A stretch of 64,000 nt of DNA from Acidimicrobiales bacterium (GCA_052325485.1 JBKQUU010000042.1:1946-65945); one strand, 5' to 3'; positions 16,476 to 25,437 are shown, counted from the first letter of the stretch. Translations and numbers: made by a program. Notes: generated by a model not told the origin, from the letters alone.

Positions 16476-17471
16476 ATGAGTGTCGCCAACACCCAAAACC
16501 CACCAAATAGCCTGGCACCAACCGGCGAGGATCTGACTGCGCATTTCGACATTGTTTGCCGCGGCTTGCGCCGTGGGCGGTTGACTCCCGTGCTCGGCTC
16601 CGGGGCAAGCCTGTTCGGGAGGCCTGCGCCCGGCGGTGCTGAGTGGACAGGTGCACCCAGCGCCGAAGAGCTCGCGTCACGGCTGTCGAAGGAGTTCCAT
16701 CTGCCCACGGAGCTCGCCAGTTCCCGCGAGCTTTTGGCCGTGGCCCAATGGATCTCGGCCATGAAGGGCGGCTCGACACCGCTCTACGAGGAGCTGCACG
16801 ACATCTTCGACCGTGACCTCCCAACCACGCCGCTCCACCATTTCCTGGCTGAGGTACCCGGCCGCCTGCGGGAAAAGGGCCTACTGGGCGACCCCCCTTT
16901 ATTGGTCACGACGAATTACGACGACCTTTTGGAGCAGGCGCTCGACGAGCGCGCCGAACCGTACGACCTGGTCGTGTACATGGCCGATGGAGAGCACCAC
17001 GGCCACTTTTTCCACCAACCGCCGGGAGGGTCGCTGACGCTGATCGAAGAGCCCCGCGAATACCTCGACGCCAGTCCCGAGGAACGCACGGTCGTATTGA
17101 AGCTGCACGGCTTCGTCAACCGGAACGACCCCAACCACGATAGTTATGTCATCACCGAAGACCACTACATCGAGTACCTCACGCACGCCGACCTCGATGA
17201 GCTTCTGCCCGCTTCTGTGCTCACCCGGCTGCTCAACTGCCATCTGCTGTTCCTCGGTTACAGCCTGCGGGACTGGAACCTCCGCGCCATCCTGTACCAG
17301 CTGCGGGAGAAAGCCAAGCCGAACGACTGGTGGGCGGTCCGCCGCGACTTCGACCCCGTCGAGCAAAAGACGTGGGCGAAAAAGAACGTGGCCATGATCG
17401 GGATGACCCTGGAGGACTACCTCGTCCAGCTGAGGAACGCTTTCGAGACCTGGCTCGCCGACCGCTCTTGA
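16476..17471 (+). CDS. SIR2-like domain protein (SIR2_2-type, predicted NAD+-consuming effector)
   Basis: Motifs PVLGSGAS, LLVTTNYDDLLEQAL (Asn codon at 16914-16916), VVLKLHGF (His codon at 17106-17108), YVITEDHY, LLFLGYSLRDWNLR. This order and spacing is typical of defence-associated SIR2 domains. Confidence 0.8.
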   Translation: MSVANTQNPPNSLAPTGEDLTAHFDIVCRGLRRGRLTPVLGSGASLFGRPAPGGAEWTGAPSAEELASRLSKEFHLPTELASSRELLAVAQWISAMKGGSTPLYEELHDIFDRDLPTTPLHHFLAEVPGRLREKGLLGDPPLLVTTNYDDLLEQALDERAEPYDLVVYMADGEHHGHFFHQPPGGSLTLIEEPREYLDASPEERTVVLKLHGFVNRNDPNHDSYVITEDHYIEYLTHADLDELLPASVLTRLLNCHLLFLGYSLRDWNLRAILYQLREKAKPNDWWAVRRDFDPVEQKTWAKKNVAMIGMTLEDYLVQLRNAFETWLADRS

Positions 17472-20400
17472 TAGACCCGCCTCCCACCACCCGGGCCTCG
17501 GGGCCTTACCAAGGCCTCACGCACTTCACCGAGGCCGACGCCGCCTTCTTCTTCGGGCGGGAGAGCGAGCGGGACCTCATCGTCGCCAGCCTGAAAGCGG
17601 CCCGGCTCACTCTGGTCTACGGCCAGAGCGGCGCCGGGAAGAGCTCGCTGTTGCGGGCGGGCGTGGCCGCCAGCCTGCGGGAGGCGGCCCGGCGCGACGT
17701 CCACCGTTTCGGGACGGCCGAGTTTGTCCCGGTGGTCTTCAGCAGCTGGCGCGACGACCCCATAGCCGGCATCGCCGCCGCCATCGACGCGTCGGTGCAG
17801 GAGTTCGCCACCCCGGACGGCGGCACGGCCCCGGCGGGGGGGCCGGCCACACCTCCGGGGAACCTGGCCCAGCTCATCGAGACGGCGGCGTCCCGGGCAC
17901 AGGCGTCATTGTTGTTGATTTTCGACCAGTTCGAGGAGTACTTCCTCTACCACGGCTCAGAGCAGGGCCCGGCCTCGTTTTTCGAGCAGTTCTCGCAGGC
18001 GGTGGGCCGGGAAGGTCTGCCCGCCGGCTTCCTGGTCGCCATCAGGGAGGACGCCCTGGCCCAGCTGGACCGGTTCCGCGGCCGGATCCCTAACCTGTTC
18101 GGCTCGTACCGTCGCATAAGCCCGCTCAACAAGCAGGCGGCGAGGCAGGCCATCCGCCGCCCCATCGAGGAGTACAACCGCCAATTGCCCCCCGAGGAAC
18201 AGGTGACCGTCGAAGCCGAGCTGGTCGCCGCCGTGGTCGAGCAGGTTTCCACCGGCAAGGTGAGGCTCGAGACGGTGGGCGCGGGGACCTTGGACGGCAG
18301 GGCGGCCGATGCCGTGGAAGCTCCCTACCTGCAACTGGTCATGACCCGCATCTGGCAAGAGGAGGTGGCTTCAGGCTCTCACCAACTGCGGCTGTCCACC
18401 CTGGAAGAGCTGGGCGGCGCCCAGAAGATCGTCCGGAGCCATCTCGACGCCACCCTCGGCGCCCTGTCCGCTGAGGACCAGGACATAGCCGCCGACGTCT
18501 TCCACCACCTCGTTACGCCGTCGGGCACCAAGATCGCCCACGCCGTGGCGGATCTCGTGGACTACACCAACCACGCCGAGGACCGGGTGACCGGCGTCCT
18601 GGACCGCCTGGGCGAGGGGGACACCCGCATCGTGCGCTTCGTAGAACCTCCCATGGGAGCCCAAGGCCCGCCCCGCTACGAGGTATTCCACGATGTGCTG
18701 GCCCCCGCCGTGCTCGACTGGCGTGGGCGGCACGCCGCCCGCCGGCTCGAGGCGCAGAGGGAGGCGGCCGAGCAAAGAGCACGCGTCCAACGGGGCCGGG
18801 CGCTAGTGGCGTGGGGCACCGCGGGCCTGGCCGTCGCCCTCCTCGCCGCCTTCGTGATCAGCAACGCCGTGGCGCAAGGGGACGCCAACCGGTCACGCGT
18901 GCTGGCCGCCGATGCTGTCGCCAACGTGGGCGGGGACCCCGAGCTGAGCGCCCTGCTGGCCCTGTCCGCCATGGACAAGAGCCCCACGCCCCAGGCCGTG
19001 GCCGCCCTGCGCCAGTCCTTCCCCCAGATCGAAGAAGAAAAGACATTGGACTTCGGCACGGCCGTGTCCGCCACGGTCTTCAGCCCAGACGGTAAGCAGC
19101 TGGCCGCGGGCACGACCGACAGCGGGGGCATCAAGATATGGGACATGGGGCGACCCGGCCCGCCTCAGGTCCGCGCCACCGACTTTTCCTACGTAAACGG
19201 CCTGGCTTTCAGCCCGAACGGCCGCGACATAGCCGTCGTCGGCCAGGTCCGGTCCGACTGGCGTCCGCGCCAATGGCCGGGCGTGGAAATCCTGGCCGCC
19301 GCCGGCACAGGAAAAGCCTCGCCTTTGTACGTGCCGGCGGCCAGCGGGGACAGCCGGCCCGTAGGCGAGATGGTGGCCTGGGAGGGGCCCGTCAATGGTG
19401 CCGACCACCTCGTCACCGTCGACACCAACGGCTTCATCTGCGAGTACCACGCTGGCCGGCCCCTGGCCGGGCATTGCGCCGATACCCCTTTCAACAGCCT
19501 GAGCACGGTCAGCCTGGACCAAGCGGGGACAGAAGCGGCGGTAACCGGCGGCTCGGGGGCCACGGTATGGTCGGTCCCCGGTTTCAAGGAGATTTTCCCC
19601 ACCAACAACACCGTATGGGGCGTCGGCAACGTCAGTAGCGCCGCCCTCAGCCGCAACGGGCGCGAGCTGGCGACCACCAGCGTCGAGGGCATCACCCAAG
19701 TTACGGACTTGTACGGGGCCCACACCGTGACCGCCCAGCTCAGCGCCGGAGGTGACCTACAGACGGCCGCCTTCAGCAACGATGGCTCCCGGCTCGTCAC
19801 GACCACCGACCTGGGACAGACAACGGTGTGGCAGCTCGAACAGGCCTCACAACTGGGCGGGATAGAGGTGGCTCAGCTCAATTGCGACTGCGGCGTGGTC
19901 TACTCCGCAGAGTTCGACCCCGCCGATCCCGACATCCTGGTCACCGGCAGCGAGGACGGGATGGTCAGGGTGTGGGACGCACAGCCGCGCGAACTGTTGT
20001 TCTCTTCTCAGGTGAGCCAGTCTCTGCCCTGGTCCGGCGCCAGTGACGGTGTGGGTGACGCGTTGTTCGTGAAGGGCCTGGGCGACGTGGTCGCCCTCAC
20101 CTCCGGTGTGTCCGTGACGGGTGAGAGCGTCAACCCCGACAAGGCCGTCGTGGTGGACCTGAGCACCGGTCGGCAAACCACGGTGCTGGACGGCTCTCAA
20201 CCGGCTGACATCCAGTCCATTGCCGTTTCCCAGACGCCGGGCCCGGGCATGGCCGCCACCGCCGTCGGCGTGGTGGAAGTGGGGAGCCAGTTCGAGGTCA
20301 GAGGGTGGCGACTGACCAACAATGCCCAGGGGGAGGCCCGGCTGCAACCGGCCCGCATGGCCCTGCCCAGGCAATGGCCGGGGGCCCCGCAAAGCGTGGC

Positions 20401-21124
20401 CATCAGCCCCGATGGTTCCTGGCTGGCCGTCATTTTCTCGGACAACAACATCGTCGAGATCGTCGACCTGACCGATGGCCGGACCTTGGAGCTCCCGAGA
20501 ACAGCGAGCTATGCCTATTTCGTCAACAGCATGGCGTTCAATGCCGCCGGCAACCGGGTGCTCGTTTCCTACAACGACGGAGTGGCGTGGGAATGGAGCC
20601 TGGGCCAAGGGCACCGAGCCGATAGCAGTCAGTTCCTCGGTGCGTTCAGGAACCCGGCCCGGGACGCCGTTGTCTGGGACGCGCAGTTCAGCCCGGGAGG
20701 CCAGCGCGTGGTCCTGGCCGACAACGCCGGCGACGTGACTGTGTTCAATGCCGGCACCCGCAAGGTGGTAGCGGAGCTCAACACGGGTGGAGGACAGGTC
20801 AATACGGCGGTGTTCAGCCCGGACGGGTCGGAGGTACTGACGGCCGGGGACGACGGCACGGTCCGCATATGGAACCTCGCCGGCCGTAGCCAGTTGGCGG
20901 CCTTCGGTCCCTTCGACGAGCCCTTCCCGACAGCGGTCAACACGGCCGTGTTCGGGAGCTACCGCGGTAGCGCGGTGGTTATTTCGGGCAGCAACGACGG
21001 CTTTGTCCGGGTCCTGTCGGCCCAAGCGGCAACGGCCAACTTGGGTGACCTGGAGCAGGCGGCGCGGGCGCGTGTGAGCCGGGGCTACACCGCCGCCGAG
21101 CGAGCCGAGTACATCGACGGGTGA
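17468..21124 (+). CDS. STAND-class P-loop NTPase (nSTAND-like), with a hydrophobic helix and a C-terminal array of about 14 WD40 repeats
   Basis: N-terminal PYQGLTHFTEADAAFFFGRESE. Walker A GQSGAGKSSLLRAG (17621-17647). Walker B LLLIFDQFEEYF. Hydrophobic helix ALVAWGTAGLAVALLAAFVISNAV. WD40 blades such as FSPDGKQLAAGTTDSGGIKIWDM, VTGSEDGMVRVWDA, LTAGDDGTVRIWNL, SGSNDGFVRVLSA. Start inferred as TTG 17468, overlapping the SIR2 stop (TTGA). The frame is open from 17330. Confidence 0.85.
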   Translation: MIDPPPTTRASGPYQGLTHFTEADAAFFFGRESERDLIVASLKAARLTLVYGQSGAGKSSLLRAGVAASLREAARRDVHRFGTAEFVPVVFSSWRDDPIAGIAAAIDASVQEFATPDGGTAPAGGPATPPGNLAQLIETAASRAQASLLLIFDQFEEYFLYHGSEQGPASFFEQFSQAVGREGLPAGFLVAIREDALAQLDRFRGRIPNLFGSYRRISPLNKQAARQAIRRPIEEYNRQLPPEEQVTVEAELVAAVVEQVSTGKVRLETVGAGTLDGRAADAVEAPYLQLVMTRIWQEEVASGSHQLRLSTLEELGGAQKIVRSHLDATLGALSAEDQDIAADVFHHLVTPSGTKIAHAVADLVDYTNHAEDRVTGVLDRLGEGDTRIVRFVEPPMGAQGPPRYEVFHDVLAPAVLDWRGRHAARRLEAQREAAEQRARVQRGRALVAWGTAGLAVALLAAFVISNAVAQGDANRSRVLAADAVANVGGDPELSALLALSAMDKSPTPQAVAALRQSFPQIEEEKTLDFGTAVSATVFSPDGKQLAAGTTDSGGIKIWDMGRPGPPQVRATDFSYVNGLAFSPNGRDIAVVGQVRSDWRPRQWPGVEILAAAGTGKASPLYVPAASGDSRPVGEMVAWEGPVNGADHLVTVDTNGFICEYHAGRPLAGHCADTPFNSLSTVSLDQAGTEAAVTGGSGATVWSVPGFKEIFPTNNTVWGVGNVSSAALSRNGRELATTSVEGITQVTDLYGAHTVTAQLSAGGDLQTAAFSNDGSRLVTTTDLGQTTVWQLEQASQLGGIEVAQLNCDCGVVYSAEFDPADPDILVTGSEDGMVRVWDAQPRELLFSSQVSQSLPWSGASDGVGDALFVKGLGDVVALTSGVSVTGESVNPDKAVVVDLSTGRQTTVLDGSQPADIQSIAVSQTPGPGMAATAVGVVEVGSQFEVRGWRLTNNAQGEARLQPARMALPRQWPGAPQSVAISPDGSWLAVIFSDNNIVEIVDLTDGRTLELPRTASYAYFVNSMAFNAAGNRVLVSYNDGVAWEWSLGQGHRADSSQFLGAFRNPARDAVVWDAQFSPGGQRVVLADNAGDVTVFNAGTRKVVAELNTGGGQVNTAVFSPDGSEVLTAGDDGTVRIWNLAGRSQLAAFGPFDEPFPTAVNTAVFGSYRGSAVVISGSNDGFVRVLSAQAATANLGDLEQAARARVSRGYTAAERAEYIDG

Positions 21125-21131
21125 GGGCCAA

Positions 21132-22997
21132 GTGTACGTAGACCTCCTCAGCCACCAGCCGAGACGGCGGCGGCGGGCGGCCAAAACCCTTTGGGGCAAA
21201 CACATTGTGCGCCACTGGGACCGCCATAAACCCGCCGTGCTCGCCGTTCTCACCGGCGCCGTGGTCGTCCTGGCCATGACCGGTTTCTCCCAGACCAAGC
21301 CTTCCCGCCCGCTGCTGGACTCGCTCTACTCCTCCCTTCAACTGTTCACCCTCGACGGCAACTCCAGTCAAAACGCCAACGTTTATATCCAGATCGCCCG
21401 TTACCTGGGCCCGTTCGTGCTCGGCTACGCCGCCGTGGGCGCCATCCTGGCCATGTACGGGGAGCAGTTCAACCGCTTCGTGGTCCGGCGCCTGCACCGC
21501 CATGTGGTCATTGCCGGGTTGGGAGCGGCCGGTTACCGTCTAGCCAACGCTTTCGCCGCCGACGGTTGGCCGGTGGTGGCCATCGACAGCGACGCCGATA
21601 ACGTTTCCATCGCCGGCTGCCGCGAGCGCGGCATACGGGTGCTGGTCGGCGACGCCACCGACCCAAAGCTGTTGCGGCAAGCCGGCTTGGACAAAGCCGA
21701 GCTCCTGGTCGCACTGTGTGGCAAGGACCAGGTCAACATCGACGTGGCCGCCGCCGCCCGCACCATCTCGGCCGGCGAGAGGTCCCAGGTGCTGACCGCC
21801 TTGGCCGGCTTCGACGACTTCCACCTGTGGCAGGTCATGAAGGCGCCGGCCCTGGTGGACCGGGACGAGTCGGGCTTCCGGCTGGAACTGGTAAATCTCT
21901 GGGCGGTGGCGGCCGAGCTCCTGCTCGAGGAACACCCCCCCTTCCCCCTGCAACACCCCGGCTCTCCCCACGTAGTCGTCGTGAGCGACGAAGGGCTGGC
22001 CGACAGCCTGCTGATCGGGGTCCTGCGCCGATGGGTGACGGCGCCGCGGGGGCCGTCCGACTTCCTGCGCCTCAGCCTCGTGGGGGCACCGCCCAAGGTG
22101 CTCGACGACCTGGCGGCAAGGAACCCCGAACTGGGCGACATCTCTTCCTGCCGGCTCGAGCTGTGGGGCCGGGGCCGCGCCGGGGGCAACGGTGGCGGTG
22201 CCAATGTGGGCGCCCCAACGGGCACCGAGACCCTCCCGGGGACACCGGCCGATGCCAGCGCCGTCTACGTCGCTCTGGCCAGTGAAACCGCCGCCCTCAC
22301 CACGGCGCTCACCCTCCGGCACCAGATGGGGCACTGGGACGAGACACCCATCGTGGTCGTCGTCGAGGACGACGACGCCGGCGTGGCCCACGCCGTCAAG
22401 CGAGGTGGGCCCGCCATGAAGGGCATACACGCCTTCGGGTGGCTCAGCCGGGCCCTGCTCCCGGCGCCCCTCCTGGAGAGCACGGCGACCGAGGTCATAG
22501 CCCGCCTCGGCCATCTCGTGCACTGCCAGCACCAGAACGAGCTCGGCGTGACCGAGCGGGACGACCCCTCGCTCGTGGCGTGGGAGGCGCTTCCCGCCAG
22601 CCTGCGCGAGTCCAACCGGCTCTGGGCCGACGGCATTGCCGCCAAGTTGGGGGCCCTGCGCTGCGTGGTGGTGCCCGCCCCCCTGCTCGACCCCGAGAGG
22701 GCGAGCTTCGGTTTCAGCGAAGCAGAGGTGGCGAGACTGGCGCCGTTCGAACACGAACGGTGGTCAGCCGACATGAAGCGCATGGGCTACCAGGCCGGCC
22801 CGCGCGACTCGCGCCATCACCCCTTCATCGACCTGCCCTTCGAGCAGTTGCCGGAGGACAACAAGGAAAAGGACCGTGCCCACGTCCGGGCCATCCCCCA
22901 GGTCCTGGCCCGGGCCGGCTTCCGGGTCCAGCGCCTGGACGAGAGGACCGTTGGTACTGCCACCAGGGAGGAATCAAGCGGCGTCCACGGTTGTTGA
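21132..22997 (+). CDS. membrane protein: 2-TM channel-like N-terminus, TrkA-N (RCK, NAD-binding Rossmann), second degenerate Rossmann-like region, C-terminal RyR domain
   Basis: TM1 PAVLAVLTGAVVVLAMTGF. Pore-like LYSSLQLFTLDGN plus TM2 YLGPFVLGYAAVGAILAMY. HVVIAGLGAAGYRLANAF...VVAIDSD...VLVGDATD (GxGxxG at 21516-21533). RyR-like WEALPASLRESNRLWADGIAAKL...FEHERWSADMKRMGYQ...LPEDNKEKDRAHVRAIPQVLARAGFRV. GTG start lies 7 nt after the STAND stop. Confidence 0.7.
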   Translation: MYVDLLSHQPRRRRRAAKTLWGKHIVRHWDRHKPAVLAVLTGAVVVLAMTGFSQTKPSRPLLDSLYSSLQLFTLDGNSSQNANVYIQIARYLGPFVLGYAAVGAILAMYGEQFNRFVVRRLHRHVVIAGLGAAGYRLANAFAADGWPVVAIDSDADNVSIAGCRERGIRVLVGDATDPKLLRQAGLDKAELLVALCGKDQVNIDVAAAARTISAGERSQVLTALAGFDDFHLWQVMKAPALVDRDESGFRLELVNLWAVAAELLLEEHPPFPLQHPGSPHVVVVSDEGLADSLLIGVLRRWVTAPRGPSDFLRLSLVGAPPKVLDDLAARNPELGDISSCRLELWGRGRAGGNGGGANVGAPTGTETLPGTPADASAVYVALASETAALTTALTLRHQMGHWDETPIVVVVEDDDAGVAHAVKRGGPAMKGIHAFGWLSRALLPAPLLESTATEVIARLGHLVHCQHQNELGVTERDDPSLVAWEALPASLRESNRLWADGIAAKLGALRCVVVPAPLLDPERASFGFSEAEVARLAPFEHERWSADMKRMGYQAGPRDSRHHPFIDLPFEQLPEDNKEKDRAHVRAIPQVLARAGFRVQRLDERTVGTATREESSGVHGC

Positions 22998-23046
22998 AGC
23001 TATTCCAGGCCCGGTGACAGACCGGGAACGAGTTCCGGAGAAAATT

Positions 23047-25428
23047 GTGGACCAAGAACGTCAAACGTTGCCTATGTTGCCCCTGACCTCGGGCGTAGTA
23101 CTGCCCGGCATGGTCTTTACTCTTGCGCTGGAGACCGACGAGGCCAAGGCGGCGGCCGAGGCCGCCGGGCCCGTGGGCGGCGAGCTTGTCCTCGTCCCGC
23201 GCATCGACGGCCGCTACTCCTCGGTGGGCGTGGTGGCCAAGATCGTCGACGTGGGCGAACTGCCCGGCGGCGCCGCCGCCATCGCCGTCAGCGGTGAGCG
23301 TCGCGCCATGTTGGGCAGTGCCGTGCCCGGCACCGGCCAGGCCCTGTGGGTGCAGGTCGAAGACGTCGCCGAACCGGCTGAGACGCCCGCCGTGCTCGAA
23401 CTGGCCCGTGAGTACCGGGCCGTGCTGGAGAACATCCTGCTCAGCCGGGGGGCCCGGGCGGTGGCGGAAACATTGCGCCACGTGAGCGGGGCCTCGAGGA
23501 TCGCCGACGTGTCCGGGTACTCCCCCGACCTGAGCCCCGCCCAAAAACTGCAAGTCCTCGAGACCGTCGACGTCGAGGCCCGCTTGCGCCTGGTGCTCGG
23601 CTGGGCGCGCGAGACCCTGGCCGACATAGCCCTGCGCCAGCAGATCAAGTCCGACGTGGAAGAGGGCATGGAGAAGACGCAGCGGGAGTTCCTGCTACGC
23701 CGGCAGTTGGAGGCCATCCGCAAGGAGCTGGGCGAACTGGACGGGGAGACCGCCGACGGCTCGCCCCAGGGCTACCGCGAGCAGATCGAGGGCCGCGACT
23801 TGCCCGAGGCCGTGCGGGCGGCCCTGCTGCGTGAGGTGGCCAAGCTGGAGCGCACGAGCGAGCAGAGCCCCGAGCAGGGTTGGGCCCGGTCCTGGATCGA
23901 GACCGTCCTGGAAATCCCGTGGGGCAAGACCTCTGAGGACAACCTCGACGTCGCCGCCGCCGGGCAGGTCCTCGACGAGGACCACGACGGCCTGGTCGAC
24001 GTGAAGGAGCGCATCCTCGAGCACCTAGCCGTGCGCAAGCTGCGCCAGGAGCGCGGCCTGGCCCCCGTGGGGGACCGGGGCGCCGGCGCCGTGCTGGCCC
24101 TGGTCGGCCCGCCCGGGGTGGGCAAGACCTCACTTGGAGAGTCGGTGGCCCGCGCCCTGGGGCGCCGCTTCGTGCGGGTGGCCTTGGGCGGCGTGCACGA
24201 CGAGGCCGAGATCCGGGGGCACCGGCGGACCTATGTGGGCGCACAGCCCGGTCGCCTGGCCCGGGCCCTGCGCGAGGCGGGGACCATGAACCCCGTGCTC
24301 GTGCTCGACGAAGTCGACAAGCTGGGATCCGACTACCGGGGCGACCCGTCCTCGGCCTTGCTCGAGGTGCTCGACCCGGCCCAAAACCATACCTTCCGTG
24401 ACAACTACCTCGAGGTCGAGCTGGACCTGTCCCAGGTGTTGTTCATCGTTACCGCCAACGTGGCCGAGACCATCCCCGGACCGCTGCTCGACCGCCTGGA
24501 GGTCATCCGCCTCGACGGCTACACCGAGGACGAGAAACTGGCCATCGCCCGTCACCACCTGCTGCCCCGGCAGCTGGAGCGGGCCGCCCTCAGGGCCGAT
24601 GAGGTCGAAGTGGCCGACGATGCCCTGCGGGCCATCGCCGCCGACTACACCCGGGAGGCAGGAGTGCGCAGCCTCGAACGCGAGCTCGGCCGGCTGCTGC
24701 GCAAGGTGGCCACGAAACTGGCCTCGGGCAAAGTCGAGGCCCCGGTGGCGGTCAAGGGCGGCGACGTGCGGGCCTGGCTGGGCCGGCCCCGGTTCTTCTT
24801 CGAAGCCGCCGAGCGCACCGCCGTGCCCGGGGTGGCTACCGGCCTGGCCGTCACGGGTGCGGGCGGAGACGTGCTGTTCGTCGAGGCCACAGCCATGAGC
24901 GGCGGCGAAGGGCTCACCCTAACGGGCCAGCTCGGCGACGTCATGAAGGAATCGGCGGAGATCGCCCTTTCCTACGTTCGCTCTCACGCACAGGAGCTTG
25001 GGATCGAGGCCGGCGAGCTTTCGGGCCGGCGCTTCCACGTCCACGTGCCCGCGGGCGCCGTCCCCAAGGACGGGCCGTCGGCGGGCGTGACCATGACTTC
25101 GGCCCTGGTCAGCCTGCTCACGGGCCGGCCCGTGCGGCCAGTGGTGGGCATGACCGGGGAGGTGACCTTGCAGGGACGCGTGCTACCGATCGGTGGAGTG
25201 AAACAGAAGGTCCTCGCCGCCCACCGGGCCGGCCTGACCGAGGTTGTCCTCCCGGTGCGCAACGGGCCGGACCTCGAGGACGTCCCCGCGACGGTGCGCG
25301 ACGCCATGACCTTCCATCTGGCTGGGACAGTGGACGACGTGCTGGCGGCGGCCTTAGAGCGGCCAGGAGCGGCCAGTGAAAGCTCGCCGGACGCCTCCGA
25401 CGGCCCTCAGGGCTTGGTGGCGGCGTAA
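23047..25428 (+). CDS. lon: ATP-dependent Lon protease (endopeptidase La)
   Basis: N-terminal [16 protein letters not shown]. Walker [13 protein letters not shown]. Protease Ser motif [11 protein letters not shown]. Catalytic Lys region [17 protein letters not shown] at 23047 is preceded by GGAG. Confidence 0.95.
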   Translation: MDQERQTLPMLPLTSGVVLPGMVFTLALETDEAKAAAEAAGPVGGELVLVPRIDGRYSSVGVVAKIVDVGELPGGAAAIAVSGERRAMLGSAVPGTGQALWVQVEDVAEPAETPAVLELAREYRAVLENILLSRGARAVAETLRHVSGASRIADVSGYSPDLSPAQKLQVLETVDVEARLRLVLGWARETLADIALRQQIKSDVEEGMEKTQREFLLRRQLEAIRKELGELDGETADGSPQGYREQIEGRDLPEAVRAALLREVAKLERTSEQSPEQGWARSWIETVLEIPWGKTSEDNLDVAAAGQVLDEDHDGLVDVKERILEHLAVRKLRQERGLAPVGDRGAGAVLALVGPPGVGKTSLGESVARALGRRFVRVALGGVHDEAEIRGHRRTYVGAQPGRLARALREAGTMNPVLVLDEVDKLGSDYRGDPSSALLEVLDPAQNHTFRDNYLEVELDLSQVLFIVTANVAETIPGPLLDRLEVIRLDGYTEDEKLAIARHHLLPRQLERAALRADEVEVADDALRAIAADYTREAGVRSLERELGRLLRKVATKLASGKVEAPVAVKGGDVRAWLGRPRFFFEAAERTAVPGVATGLAVTGAGGDVLFVEATAMSGGEGLTLTGQLGDVMKESAEIALSYVRSHAQELGIEAGELSGRRFHVHVPAGAVPKDGPSAGVTMTSALVSLLTGRPVRPVVGMTGEVTLQGRVLPIGGVKQKVLAAHRAGLTEVVLPVRNGPDLEDVPATVRDAMTFHLAGTVDDVLAAALERPGAASESSPDASDGPQGLVAA

Positions 25429-25437
25429 GGCCCGACG

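Noticed and set aside
21250-21450. Possibility that gene 3 of the SIR2/STAND locus is a canonical K+ channel (2TM plus RCK).
   Set aside because: The loop between the two helices reads LFTLDGNSSQN and lacks a T(V/I)GYG-type selectivity filter. I describe it only as channel-like and make no ion-specificity claim.
23010-23026. Short hairpin (cccggt-gacag-accggg) after the TrkA-N/RyR gene as a possible terminator closing the three-gene operon.
   Set aside because: The stem is only 6 bp and there is no T-tract, which is too weak to call. The operon's 3' boundary is inferred only from the 50-nt gap before lon.
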